A stretch of DNA of 64,000 nt from an uncultured virus (IMG/VR IMGVR_UViG_3300024255_000019) (taxonomy: Duplodnaviria; Heunggongvirae; Uroviricota; Caudoviricetes): the IMG/VR virus record IMGVR_UViG_3300024255_000019, one strand, 5' to 3'. A program made the position numbers and the translations under genes. The notes under the pieces were generated by a model. It did not search any database and was not told the DNA's origin. It worked only from the letters and a program-made list of their open reading frames with translations. Shown piece after piece: positions 26,976-36,297 of the stretch. The first letter of the stretch is position 1, and every line of letters begins with the position of its first letter.

Positions 26976-28211
26976 TTATTTTTGCCACCCTTTAATATAT
27001 TCTGTACTAAAGTTTGCTTTGCTGAAGTTTAATCTGTCAACAAGTTTTAAAGCATTACGACCAAGATGGTCAATAGCAACGAACCCTTCTTGTCCTGTTA
27101 CTTCAAATCCTGAAGTTGTTTTCAACAGAGTTCTTAAACCATCGCTGTAATTTAATTTAGCGATTACAATCATTTTTGCATCTACTAATAAATTATATAG
27201 TGTAAACACTTTGGTAACTTCTTTAAGATTACCTTTAGCAAAATATTTTAAGACACTGTCACGCACTGCAGCTTTTCTATCTTTTGCTGCTTGTGATTTG
27301 ACCTTGTCCATTTCTTTCTGATAATATTCATTAATAAATTTCTGCATATCGTTGATCGCTGCAGGAACGTTTTGAATACGAGAATTTTCTCGTACTTTCT
27401 TATTAATGAATGTATTAATTCTTTTATTGAGTTCTTCGTTATCTTTTAATTCGTTCAGTGCGTATGGCTTAATGGTTCTGAATATACGACCTGCATCTGA
27501 TAAGAGTTTATTAAATGACTTTGTTTCTGCAGCTGTAAATGTTGCTTTACCAGAGTGGTCTTGGAATACAGCATCTACGTGCCAGACTGTCGGGATTTTT
27601 TTAAGTTTTGTTGATATCTCCTTTCCAAAACTTGCTTGCATTGAGTCAAGAGTTGAGCCTCTGTACGTTGTGTGCCAAACCACACCGATTTTGGATTGTT
27701 CAATTTGTTTACCGAGGTCTGAAGATTTAGGTATCGCGTAAACAATGGTATTAGGATGGAAAGTAATATGCGGTTCTCCATCAATATTTTCTGTTTTAAG
27801 ATCGTCGTTCGTATATAGGAAATCACCTTGCACTACTCCTTCAATTCCTAGCTTAGAGAATTCTGCAAGAGCTACTTTAAATTTAGCTCCTAAATCTCCG
27901 CTTAGGTCATTATCTATTTCTGCATTTGTTTTATATAGTTTTGGAGTCTTGTTAAATACTCCCTTTTTAGCAACAAAGAATTTACCATCTGATGGGTCAG
28001 TACCTGCAAAGATAGCAGGAGCTCCGTCCCATTTAACTGATATTTTAACTGGTGCCTTTGTATTACCACCAAGCATATCACGAAGTGCTTGAAGATATTG
28101 GAATACATTTCGTGTTCCGTTAACTCCACCATCTAAGACAGCATCTTCTAAATGAGTCATGTGGAGATTAGCTCCAGCTGCTTCTGACAAATATGTCTTA
28201 AACCTTATCAT
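26976..28211 (-). CDS. conserved phage protein with KxDG ligase/nucleotidyltransferase-like motif
   Basis: HMTHLED, VKWDGAPA, VVQGDFLY, EGFV and LKLVDR line up with ligase motifs I, III, IV and V. Confidence 0.7.
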   Translation of the reverse strand: MIRFKTYLSEAAGANLHMTHLEDAVLDGGVNGTRNVFQYLQALRDMLGGNTKAPVKISVKWDGAPAIFAGTDPSDGKFFVAKKGVFNKTPKLYKTNAEIDNDLSGDLGAKFKVALAEFSKLGIEGVVQGDFLYTNDDLKTENIDGEPHITFHPNTIVYAIPKSSDLGKQIEQSKIGVVWHTTYRGSTLDSMQASFGKEISTKLKKIPTVWHVDAVFQDHSGKATFTAAETKSFNKLLSDAGRIFRTIKPYALNELKDNEELNKRINTFINKKVRENSRIQNVPAAINDMQKFINEYYQKEMDKVKSQAAKDRKAAVRDSVLKYFAKGNLKEVTKVFTLYNLLVDAKMIVIAKLNYSDGLRTLLKTTSGFEVTGQEGFVAIDHLGRNALKLVDRLNFSKANFSTEYIKGWQK

Positions 28212-29830
28212 GTTATTTTATCCTGGAATTCTGCTTTAAATTCGTCTGTCATTTTTGCTAGGAAACTCGGTGCTGACCTAAAGTTACCTTTATATCTTAA
28301 TTCGATGTGACATACTGGTAACTCACCAATCATTAAATCAAACTTTAACATAGCAGCCGTAGCACCTACATCAAATGCTTGAACTGCGCCTGGTGTTTTT
28401 CTAAATCCTACGCCTTGGTCTTTTAGTAATGTATTTAATTTAGTTGATGTCGTTTCAATGTCTTTGTATTCACCAGGTTTAACATCTACACCTTTACGAG
28501 GACCATAATCACCAATACCTGTAACAAGAGCAAAATCAAAGTTGACTTGCTTTAGTGTTCGTAAATCTGATTTAAATATCAAATTAATTAATTGGTTAGC
28601 CATTAAGTCTTTATTCTTCATAATGATAGTAAACATTTTTTGGAATAAATTACGATTACCTGCTGATTTTAATTCTGAATTAATTAAATCGTTTGGAATA
28701 CGTTGTACAAACTTTTTCCAATTGGTTTGACTTAACTTAACACCCTTTATAGCAGTAACTACGGCTGGAGGTACATTATATTGTTTAGGATTACGAGATG
28801 CTTTTCTGAGTACCTTAATATAAAATGCAGCTGCACTTCTATCAAGAGTTGTCATCATTGCATTAAATTTACTATCTTGGAAAAGTGTACTAAATGATTT
28901 GTTGATAAGTGTTGGGTCTGCTTCTGTGATTCTCTTTTTCTTTTTAAGAGATATACCAATAAAGTTAGCACCCCTTTTACAAATAAAATCAGAACTATTA
29001 AAGTCTTTCATTCCATATTTTGTAATTTGGAATTGTCTAACGTCTTTATCCCAAGCTTGTCCTGTTAAATAAACTTTATCAGCATTACCATAACCGTTAG
29101 CGTGAATAGCTAATGCAGCCGATACTGCTTGACAAAGGTTAACATAATCTTGTCCATCTAAACTTGCAATTTGACCTGCAGATGCACCTAGAACATTACG
29201 ACTGTTAGCTTCTTGCTTACAAAATTCAATAAGCTCGTCCATTTCTTCAACTGTACTTGGTGCAGTTAATTTAGATTTAAGACATAAAGCTGCGGTCATT
29301 AACTCATTAGGGTCATCACCTGCTTTACTTGCTTTTCCATCAGGTCTAGAGTTAACATAGATATATCTACTCATGTCCTTATGTTTAATGGTAAAATCTT
29401 TGTCGATTCTATCAGCTGGTGGCTCTGGGCCTTCTTCTAACTCTTCAGTATCAGCAATAATTTGTCTTGCTAATGAAGCAAATTTAACTCGTTTATCACC
29501 ATTCATAATGGCGAACATACCAATCTTTTTAGTATTAGATTTACCAGGTCTATTGTCGAGCTCGATCGCACTTTCAATAGTTGATATACCATCGTCGAGT
29601 TTACCTAGAACATCAATAGCAAATGATTCTTCATCTCCAGTAAAGTCTGGAACAGCAATAGGAGCTTCACCTAAAAATGCACTAAATCCTAAATCTACAC
29701 TTTCTTTAGGAACACAATTAGGAACAAGATTACCACCCTTCTTTTTCATTCCCACTTGTTTGTGAGATTTCCAACAAGGGCTGTCTTCCTTCTTCGTTTT
29801 GTCTTTAGCGAATGAACTAAAACTTTTCAT
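28208..29830 (-). CDS. putative virion protein with PD-(D/E)xK-like nuclease motif
   Basis: NELMTA...SSDFI...GISLKK; N-terminal CWKSHKQVGMKKKGGNLVPNCVP module. Confidence 0.6.
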   Translation of the reverse strand: MKSFSSFAKDKTKKEDSPCWKSHKQVGMKKKGGNLVPNCVPKESVDLGFSAFLGEAPIAVPDFTGDEESFAIDVLGKLDDGISTIESAIELDNRPGKSNTKKIGMFAIMNGDKRVKFASLARQIIADTEELEEGPEPPADRIDKDFTIKHKDMSRYIYVNSRPDGKASKAGDDPNELMTAALCLKSKLTAPSTVEEMDELIEFCKQEANSRNVLGASAGQIASLDGQDYVNLCQAVSAALAIHANGYGNADKVYLTGQAWDKDVRQFQITKYGMKDFNSSDFICKRGANFIGISLKKKKRITEADPTLINKSFSTLFQDSKFNAMMTTLDRSAAAFYIKVLRKASRNPKQYNVPPAVVTAIKGVKLSQTNWKKFVQRIPNDLINSELKSAGNRNLFQKMFTIIMKNKDLMANQLINLIFKSDLRTLKQVNFDFALVTGIGDYGPRKGVDVKPGEYKDIETTSTKLNTLLKDQGVGFRKTPGAVQAFDVGATAAMLKFDLMIGELPVCHIELRYKGNFRSAPSFLAKMTDEFKAEFQDKIT

Positions 29831-29862
29831 AATACCTTTAACTTAAAATGTGGTGTTTCAGT

Positions 29863-29870
29863 TATTTATA
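29863..29870 (-). promoter_or_regulatory. T4 late promoter
   Basis: Intergenic TATAAATA upstream of the 540-aa gene. Confidence 0.8.
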
Positions 29871-29874
29871 AAAA

Positions 29875-31320
29875 CTAAATTAGTTGAACGTTGTTGAAAA
29901 CACCTTTTCTTTTGCTCTTATTACCGAGTCGCTGACCTATGTCTGTTTTGTCGAACACTGGTCCGTCATCGTCATAGCTCTGCCTCTTTTTTCCAGAGTT
30001 ACCGCCGGAACTGTCGTCCATGTTAATATTGTTTTGAGCACTCTCTTCGAGTTCATAGATTTTCATCTTTGCTCTATCAATACCAACTAAGAATCTACGA
30101 TACCAACTGATATCACCCCAACGATTTTTCAATTGTTTGAGCATGAGTTGTCCGAGTTCGTCAAGCTGTTCAGATGTTACAAGACCAAGAATACAGTCAG
30201 CAGTATGAGTAATACCCATAGATTCAGATGTATTAGTAAGGTCAACATCAGAGTTGCCATAACCATCACGGTTAAACTGAGATGATGTTACAAGAGCACA
30301 GTTGAACTCCATTGCAAGACCACGTACCTCTTCAGCAATACTCTTAACAAGGTTATAACTACTTGCTGCTGCAGCACCTCTTACACGAGATGAAGCACAA
30401 ATGTTAAGATAGTCAAGGAATATCACATCAGGTTTAAAGTTTTTCTTCTGTTCAAGTTCATTTAGTAAGTGTCTAAAGTGACCAGAATGAACAGAACCAG
30501 TAGGGTACTCTTTAATAACAAGTTTACCTGTGGTTTTTGTTTTGTATCTGCTGAGTCTTTTTTCATAAACATCTCTTGGAATCTCATTCACTTCGTCCAT
30601 TGTAATATCCATAATGTTCGCATCAATACGACGGCCGATTTCTTCTTCAGCCATTTCCATAGTAATATAGAGAACATTTTTGCCATACATGAGATGATTA
30701 GCTGCCATGTGACATTTGAGTAGTGATTTACCACCCCCAGTCGTAGCAAGTAATACAGTCATTGATTTACGAGGTAAACCACCTTTAGTAATTTTGTTTA
30801 GAATATCGATGTCAAACGGAATACGCTCTTCTTTACGATGATAATGCTCATAACGATCTTCATAGTCATTTAAGAAGTCGTGACCAACACTTGAGTCAAA
30901 AGATATACCTAAGCTATCTTGTAATAGTTTTGGAATATTACCTTTATCGTTTTCACCATCTTGTCCGTCGAGTATAAGAATACTTTTACGAATACTATTA
31001 TACAAGTCTTTGTCTTGGCAAAACTTCTCAGTCTCGTCAAGCAAGAACTGTGCGTTAGTTGTTTTGTCAATCTCAAACTCACCCAACATATCTTGGATGG
31101 TATTATAAGTATCTTCGTTTAAGTCTTTACGCTTTTCGAGCGAGAGCTTAAGAGCCTCTATGGTGGGAGGCTCCTTGTATTGCTCTACATATTCAGTAAC
31201 AGAGTTAAAGATTTTGCGATAAGAGATATCTTCAAAGTAATCATCTTTCAGATAAGGAAAAACCTTTCGGCTATATGCCTCATTCAGTATCAGATTCGAT
31301 AAGATCGTCTTCTCTATCAT
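29875..31320 (-). CDS. gp41: replicative helicase (gp41)
   Basis: ATTGGGKS, LYITMEM, IKEYPT, DYLNIC, QLKNR; start moved to MIEKTIL. Confidence 0.95.
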   Translation of the reverse strand: MIEKTILSNLILNEAYSRKVFPYLKDDYFEDISYRKIFNSVTEYVEQYKEPPTIEALKLSLEKRKDLNEDTYNTIQDMLGEFEIDKTTNAQFLLDETEKFCQDKDLYNSIRKSILILDGQDGENDKGNIPKLLQDSLGISFDSSVGHDFLNDYEDRYEHYHRKEERIPFDIDILNKITKGGLPRKSMTVLLATTGGGKSLLKCHMAANHLMYGKNVLYITMEMAEEEIGRRIDANIMDITMDEVNEIPRDVYEKRLSRYKTKTTGKLVIKEYPTGSVHSGHFRHLLNELEQKKNFKPDVIFLDYLNICASSRVRGAAAASSYNLVKSIAEEVRGLAMEFNCALVTSSQFNRDGYGNSDVDLTNTSESMGITHTADCILGLVTSEQLDELGQLMLKQLKNRWGDISWYRRFLVGIDRAKMKIYELEESAQNNINMDDSSGGNSGKKRQSYDDDGPVFDKTDIGQRLGNKSKRKGVFNNVQLI

Positions 31321-32353
31321 CTTTAGCTTCTCCCATTTCAAGTGTAGTTAATTTGAATTTCTTTTCAACATACTCATTAAATCTTGGGTCGGCAATCAGT
31401 CCTTCAAAGAACTCATTGTCTTGTTCAATATCTTTTAGTCTACGCTTAGGTTCAATTACTTCACCCGTGTCCATATTAACTAAATTATACCACCCTTGAT
31501 TTGCTTTAGCCAAATGGCCAGATTCAAGTGCCAACTCAAATAAACTTGAGTACTTCTGAATACCTGTATCATATAACACAGTAAATGGTAGTTTGGCTTT
31601 CTCTTTAACATACCTGGATTTCTCAATATTAATTGTGAACTTAAACCCTTTCAGGTCAGTACCTTCTTTCTGTTGAGATTTACCAATGATAAAGATTTGG
31701 TTAGCCGAATAGTAAATACCTGTACCACCAGAAACAATGTTCTTAGGGAATAGACCAATCTCTTTATAAGTGTGGTTGATCGCTACCAATGGAATATCTT
31801 TACCTGTTAACTTAGGTGTAACAATTCTGAATAATGATTTGAGCTGTTTTGCTCTTGTCATATCAGCAACTGATTTTTCATCTAGGGCATCTTGTACTTC
31901 TTTACGAGAAGCTAAGTTACCAATAGAGTCAATCATTATAAAGACTTTATCTCCTTTGTCAATCTCGTCTAGTCGTTTAGTAGCATCAAACTTAAGTTGC
32001 TCTACGTCTTCGATTGGAACGTGAATAACACGGTCGGTATCAATGTTGTAGCTTTCAAGATATTCTGGAGTAATACCATACTCAGAATCATATAAGATTG
32101 CAACACCATCTGGATATTTGTTTAAATAAGCTTTCATGCAGTATAGGCCAAGTAGAGTTTTAAAACTCTTGGATTCACCTGCTACTACAGTTAAGCCTGG
32201 GAGTAAACCACCTTTCAGTGAGCCGCAGAAAGCGATATTCACAATGGGTAGTTCTGTTTGTATTGGGTCTTTGGTATTAAAGAAGGAACTCTTTGATAGG
32301 ACAGTCGACCCTTTGACTGACCCCGCCTTCAACATTTTGTCAAGTAGACTCAT
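31280..32353 (-). CDS. uvsX: RecA-like recombinase UvsX
   Basis: AGESKSFKT, YDSEYG, IDSIGNLAS, DMTRAK. Confidence 0.95.
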   Translation of the reverse strand: MSLLDKMLKAGSVKGSTVLSKSSFFNTKDPIQTELPIVNIAFCGSLKGGLLPGLTVVAGESKSFKTLLGLYCMKAYLNKYPDGVAILYDSEYGITPEYLESYNIDTDRVIHVPIEDVEQLKFDATKRLDEIDKGDKVFIMIDSIGNLASRKEVQDALDEKSVADMTRAKQLKSLFRIVTPKLTGKDIPLVAINHTYKEIGLFPKNIVSGGTGIYYSANQIFIIGKSQQKEGTDLKGFKFTINIEKSRYVKEKAKLPFTVLYDTGIQKYSSLFELALESGHLAKANQGWYNLVNMDTGEVIEPKRRLKDIEQDNEFFEGLIADPRFNEYVEKKFKLTTLEMGEAKDDREDDLIESDTE

Positions 32354-32356
32354 AAT

Positions 32357-32641
32357 TTATTCTCCGCTTAGAATTTGATGTAATTTATCTGCAAAAGCAT
32401 CAAGCTTCTCATAACGATTCGGCCAATAGATATAATCTTTTTCTGGATTCGCTTTGAGATTGTTTAACAATGGGATAATTGCTTCGTACATAATTTGAGC
32501 TCTTGCAGATGCGTCTTCAGCTGATGCTGTAGCAGATTCGGCTTGAGCTTTAGTTTCTTGTACGACTGATAACTCATCTTCTGTCATGGCTGTAAAGCCG
32601 AAGTCAAAATTGGTCATATCGATTGTTGTTTTAGTTGACAT
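32357..32641 (-). CDS. conserved phage hypothetical protein
   Basis: FDFGFTA...PLLNNLKANPEKDYIYWPNR. Confidence 0.8.
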   Translation of the reverse strand: MSTKTTIDMTNFDFGFTAMTEDELSVVQETKAQAESATASAEDASARAQIMYEAIIPLLNNLKANPEKDYIYWPNRYEKLDAFADKLHQILSGE

Positions 32642-32658
32642 ACTTTCTCCTGTAAATA

Positions 32659-32678
32659 TGGGGACCCGAGAGCCCCCA
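32659..32678 (-). terminator. hairpin after gp32
   Basis: TGGGGGCT-CTCG-GGTCCCCA; weak U-tail. Confidence 0.55.
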
Positions 32679-32685
32679 CCTTAGA

Positions 32686-33615
32686 TTAATTTCGAGCAAG
32701 GTCCTTGAAGATTGCAAGGTCATCGTCATCATCATCTACTACAGATGCAGTTTCTGCTGCAGCTGGTGCCGGAGTCGGCGCAGATGCAATAGTGCTTGAG
32801 ATATCAAATCCATCATCTTCTTTAGCCTCATACGGTGATGCAGCTGAAACTTCGTTAGTTTCATTAGCAAGGTCAAGTACTCTAAAGAGCTTGGTCTTGA
32901 GTTCATCATATGATTTAAAGTTAGATGGTTCTACGAGAGCTTGTAAAGAATGCTCTTGTTTCCAAACACCTTCAAGTGCTTCATCATCATCTAATAGCGG
33001 TGTTGGTGAGTCAAACTCTGACTTATCATAGTTTGGGTAACCCTCAAACTTACGAATTTTTAGTCTAAAGTTTGCACCTTCCCACAAATCGAATGGATTT
33101 ACTGGTTCTTCATCTTCAAAGGTAGGATTCATCAAGTCATTCAACTTGTCGAATATTTTCTTACCAAATGAGTACATGAAGACTTTACCTTCGTTATCTG
33201 GGTTTCCTGGGTCTTTGACAACATAGATATTTGAAGTGTACTTCAACCTACGTTTCTGTTTACGAGCTTGGTCTTTATCAGCATCGATACCAGAATTCCA
33301 CAACTTAGAGTTGTATTCAGATACTGGGTCATCGAGGTTAATAGTAGTCAAGCTGTTTTCAATATACCAAAGTCCTGTAGGGCCTTGGAAACCATGGTCC
33401 CAAATCCTTACGAAAGGCATCTCCTCGTTTTCACAAGCAGGTAGGAAACGAATAATCGCAAAGCCGTTACCAGCTTTATCTCTTGTTGGTTTCCAGAATT
33501 TACCCTCGTTTGGGTCTTGGTATGATTTAGTTGAAATCTTATCGAGTTGCGCATTGAGCGTATCGAGTGACTTCGTACGATTCTTCTTAAGCGAAGCAAA
33601 GTTTGTAGTTGCCAT
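32686..33615 (-). CDS. gp32: single-stranded DNA-binding protein (gp32)
   Basis: GNGFAIIRFLP, WYIENS, GANFRLKI; acidic tail. Confidence 0.96.
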   Translation of the reverse strand: MATTNFASLKKNRTKSLDTLNAQLDKISTKSYQDPNEGKFWKPTRDKAGNGFAIIRFLPACENEEMPFVRIWDHGFQGPTGLWYIENSLTTINLDDPVSEYNSKLWNSGIDADKDQARKQKRRLKYTSNIYVVKDPGNPDNEGKVFMYSFGKKIFDKLNDLMNPTFEDEEPVNPFDLWEGANFRLKIRKFEGYPNYDKSEFDSPTPLLDDDEALEGVWKQEHSLQALVEPSNFKSYDELKTKLFRVLDLANETNEVSAASPYEAKEDDGFDISSTIASAPTPAPAAAETASVVDDDDDDLAIFKDLARN

Positions 33616-33653
33616 AATAGTTTTCTCCTTGTATAGCGTTATATAGCGTAATA

Positions 33654-34235
33654 TTACAATTGAAAGTAGACACGAATTATGTCTTTAAACTTTCGTTCAT
33701 CATATACTAGAAAGGGTTTATACTTTCTAGATAGTCTTATTATATCATGTGAGATTATTTTGTCAACAATTTTTTCACCCCAATAATCAAAAATATTGGC
33801 TGTATGAGTCAGAATGGTGAAGGTCTCTAATGAAATCTTCTTCTGACTATACATAGTCATAATGTATGGATGTTGACCATCCCTTGATATAAAATTTGCT
33901 GTCCAATCTTCTTTGAGATTTTTCAGCTCGGATTTAAAAGTGTAAGTCAATGACTCTTGCTTTTTCCTCCAATCGTTGTATCTGTCTTGGGCCTCATAAT
34001 CGAGTAATTGCCTTATCCAGATATTTGGATTATTTATAAAATTTGCAAGCATAAAGTTAACAACATCATCTCTTTTTGCTAATTTTGCAAAACTGTATGC
34101 ATCTTTTCTAGTACGAAAAGTATCCATTGAAGCTCTGACTTTACCATTGTATTTGTGGTAGTCATAGCCATCAGATGTGAAGTGCTTTTTGAGTGCTAGA
34201 TATTTTATATATGTTTCAAATCCAGAATCTACCAT
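33654..34235 (-). CDS. gp59: helicase loader (gp59)
   Basis: YLALKKHF...YDYHKYNGK; synteny gp33-gp59-gp32. Confidence 0.9.
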   Translation of the reverse strand: MVDSGFETYIKYLALKKHFTSDGYDYHKYNGKVRASMDTFRTRKDAYSFAKLAKRDDVVNFMLANFINNPNIWIRQLLDYEAQDRYNDWRKKQESLTYTFKSELKNLKEDWTANFISRDGQHPYIMTMYSQKKISLETFTILTHTANIFDYWGEKIVDKIISHDIIRLSRKYKPFLVYDERKFKDIIRVYFQL

Positions 34236-34517
34236 TTAACAACCTTTAATAATGTCGTCTAAGTTGGGCTCTTCTGGTTTAACCATTCGTAAACTAATGG
34301 CTTCTGTTTTAATCTTTTCTTTTAGTATTGAGCTCTTCTTTACGATTTGAGCTATCGTTTCAATTTCTAAGTTGTTCTTTTCTGCAAAATCTACTAGAGC
34401 ATCAATATAAGGAACACCCTTAGATAAATTTGAAGAGATTTCGTGATGTATTCTATCTGGCGTCAGCGTAATCACACCCATTTTATCCTTCTCTCCTGCT
34501 TTCTGTTTCTTAGTCAT
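34236..34517 (-). CDS. gp33: late transcription coactivator (gp33)
   Basis: YIDALVDFAEKNNLEIE...LKEKIKTEA; synteny. Confidence 0.85.
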   Translation of the reverse strand: MTKKQKAGEKDKMGVITLTPDRIHHEISSNLSKGVPYIDALVDFAEKNNLEIETIAQIVKKSSILKEKIKTEAISLRMVKPEEPNLDDIIKGC

Positions 34518-34528
34518 AATATCCTGTT

Positions 34529-34677
34529 ATTATATACTATTATGTCCATGCTGTCAACATGTTTCGTTAATATGTTTAAAAAAGATGTTTTCTTCGACAT
34601 GTTAGTATATTCTGTAGGTAAAAGGCCTTATTGCCTTTATGAGAGTATATTATAACACGTTGTGATGGATTTGTCAA
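34529..34677 (-). promoter_or_regulatory. two tandem sigma70-type promoters
   Basis: TTGACA/17/TATAAT at 34677-34649 and TTGACA/17/TATAAT at 34557-34529. Confidence 0.8.
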
Positions 34678-34687
34678 CCTTTATTTG

Positions 34688-35386
34688 CTATACTTCTTCA
34701 AATAAAACTTTGTTGACATATTGGTCTTTGAGTTCTTCGGATATTCCCATCTTCAGAATAGAAGTATGTAGCATACGATTGAGCTTCTGATTACGGCAAT
34801 ACTTGTTCTGTGCTTCTATTGTATTGAGTTCCTTGTCTTGTCTATAGATAGGATTTCCCATTTCGATTGTATAAAATGAAGCAAGATTGATTGCCATTTG
34901 ACAAAGTTGTTCTGTCTCTTCGCCTTCTCTTATCGCTCCTGCTCCTACAATATTAGGACTAAATATTTCCATAGCCCAATCAGGCATGACCCTTGCACGG
35001 GTCCATGTTAACCCTTCAGTCTCGTACTTAAATTTATCTAGATAGGAGTGAGGGCCTTCAGTAATAGGAGAATAGTCACAGAAACATCCAGAGATTTTTT
35101 TAGGATTTGCAACTATATCCAAACCAAAAATTGGTAAGTTAACATGAGGCTGTGGAAATACATTGATATGCATTAGCCAAAGTTTGTTCTTACCAACTGG
35201 TTCTATTGTCTTTAAATGAGCTTTACGAATTGTATCGCTTTCCCAAAAATAATCTGACCATCCCGGCAAATCACCAGCGTGAATATGATTAGGGTTTTCA
35301 ACTCTTGTCATAGAGGAATCAAAGTCATCTATGAGTCTTGCTGCAAGTTTTCTTAATTGGTCAAATAATTCTGAGTCAACTATCAT
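34688..35386 (-). CDS. pcyX: ferredoxin-dependent bilin reductase, PcyX/PcyA-like
   Basis: MHINVFP...LPIFGLDIV carries the His/Asp pair of PcyA/PcyX; PDWAMEIFS; QNKYCRNQKLN; coupled to heme oxygenase. Confidence 0.82.
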   Translation of the reverse strand: MIVDSELFDQLRKLAARLIDDFDSSMTRVENPNHIHAGDLPGWSDYFWESDTIRKAHLKTIEPVGKNKLWLMHINVFPQPHVNLPIFGLDIVANPKKISGCFCDYSPITEGPHSYLDKFKYETEGLTWTRARVMPDWAMEIFSPNIVGAGAIREGEETEQLCQMAINLASFYTIEMGNPIYRQDKELNTIEAQNKYCRNQKLNRMLHTSILKMGISEELKDQYVNKVLFEEV

Positions 35387-35994
35387 TCGTCAAACTTTTG
35401 AAGTTCTGTTAATATTGTTTCACTGCTATCATAATCTTCTGGATTGTCGTGATAGAGTTCTATAAGTTCAAAGAACATGCGCTCTGCGAATTCAAAACAT
35501 ATTCTAGCTTCATCAGCCATATCATCATCAAGTAATGCTCTTACTCCAGTGATAAGTGCTTTCCTGTCGTCAAACTCATACATAGCTCCAGTACCAGGAA
35601 CATGTTTCTTAATAATTTGACCACCGTGAGCATCACCAAAATGTCTTACATATAAATGAGCTAATAAACCAGTATTGTTTCCGTCTTCGTAGAGTACGTC
35701 AATGTGTTTTTGATATTCAACTACGCTCTTTAAAGGTTCTTCAACTTCATCAAAATCATACATATTTTCGATTTCAACTAAATCATCTTCGATTTGTGTT
35801 GACCTAAAAATAGATTCTAATTCGATGGGTATTGTAACTGCACTTTCAAGTGCTGAATAGTTAGCTAATTGAGCTGCTAAATATTGTTGATATAGTCTTG
35901 GTGGAATATTTCCACTCAATAGCATATCTGCGAATTCTGTTCGTTCTGCGTTATCGTGATGCTCTTTGGTGAGAGCTTTAAGGTTGTTTGACAT
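35383..35994 (-). CDS. hemO: heme oxygenase
   Basis: LKALTKEHHDNAE proximal His; AHLYVRHFGDAHGGQII distal helix; start moved to MSNNLK. Confidence 0.93.
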   Translation of the reverse strand: MSNNLKALTKEHHDNAERTEFADMLLSGNIPPRLYQQYLAAQLANYSALESAVTIPIELESIFRSTQIEDDLVEIENMYDFDEVEEPLKSVVEYQKHIDVLYEDGNNTGLLAHLYVRHFGDAHGGQIIKKHVPGTGAMYEFDDRKALITGVRALLDDDMADEARICFEFAERMFFELIELYHDNPEDYDSSETILTELQKFDE

Positions 35995-36030
35995 TGATGA
36001 CTCCATTATATTGTTGGTTTTCACAAAGCT

Positions 36031-36042
36031 TATTTATAAATA
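36031..36042. promoter_or_regulatory. overlapping back-to-back T4 late promoters
   Basis: TATTTATAAATA reads TATAAATA on both strands. Confidence 0.75.
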
Positions 36043-36089
36043 GTTTCATAGTCATGCTAATTTGATAAAAATAACAACGGAGAAATTGT

Positions 36090-36293
36090 ATGTTAAATTT
36101 AGATAGTATAAAAGGAATTGTTAATCTTGGTAAAGATTGGATTCTTAACAGACTAGGAGAAAGAACATCGTGGGATGGCGGTTTAATTATTGCTGTTTGC
36201 GGTGGATATTTACTTTTCGGTGGAATCATCGAACTAGTAGCATGGGCCGGTTTATTATACGGTGCATGGACACTTTGGAAAACAGAGGCATAA
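36090..36293 (+). CDS. small membrane protein
   Basis: RLGERTSWDG followed by two TM segments. Confidence 0.75.
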   Translation: MLNLDSIKGIVNLGKDWILNRLGERTSWDGGLIIAVCGGYLLFGGIIELVAWAGLLYGAWTLWKTEA

Positions 36294-36297
36294 AATA

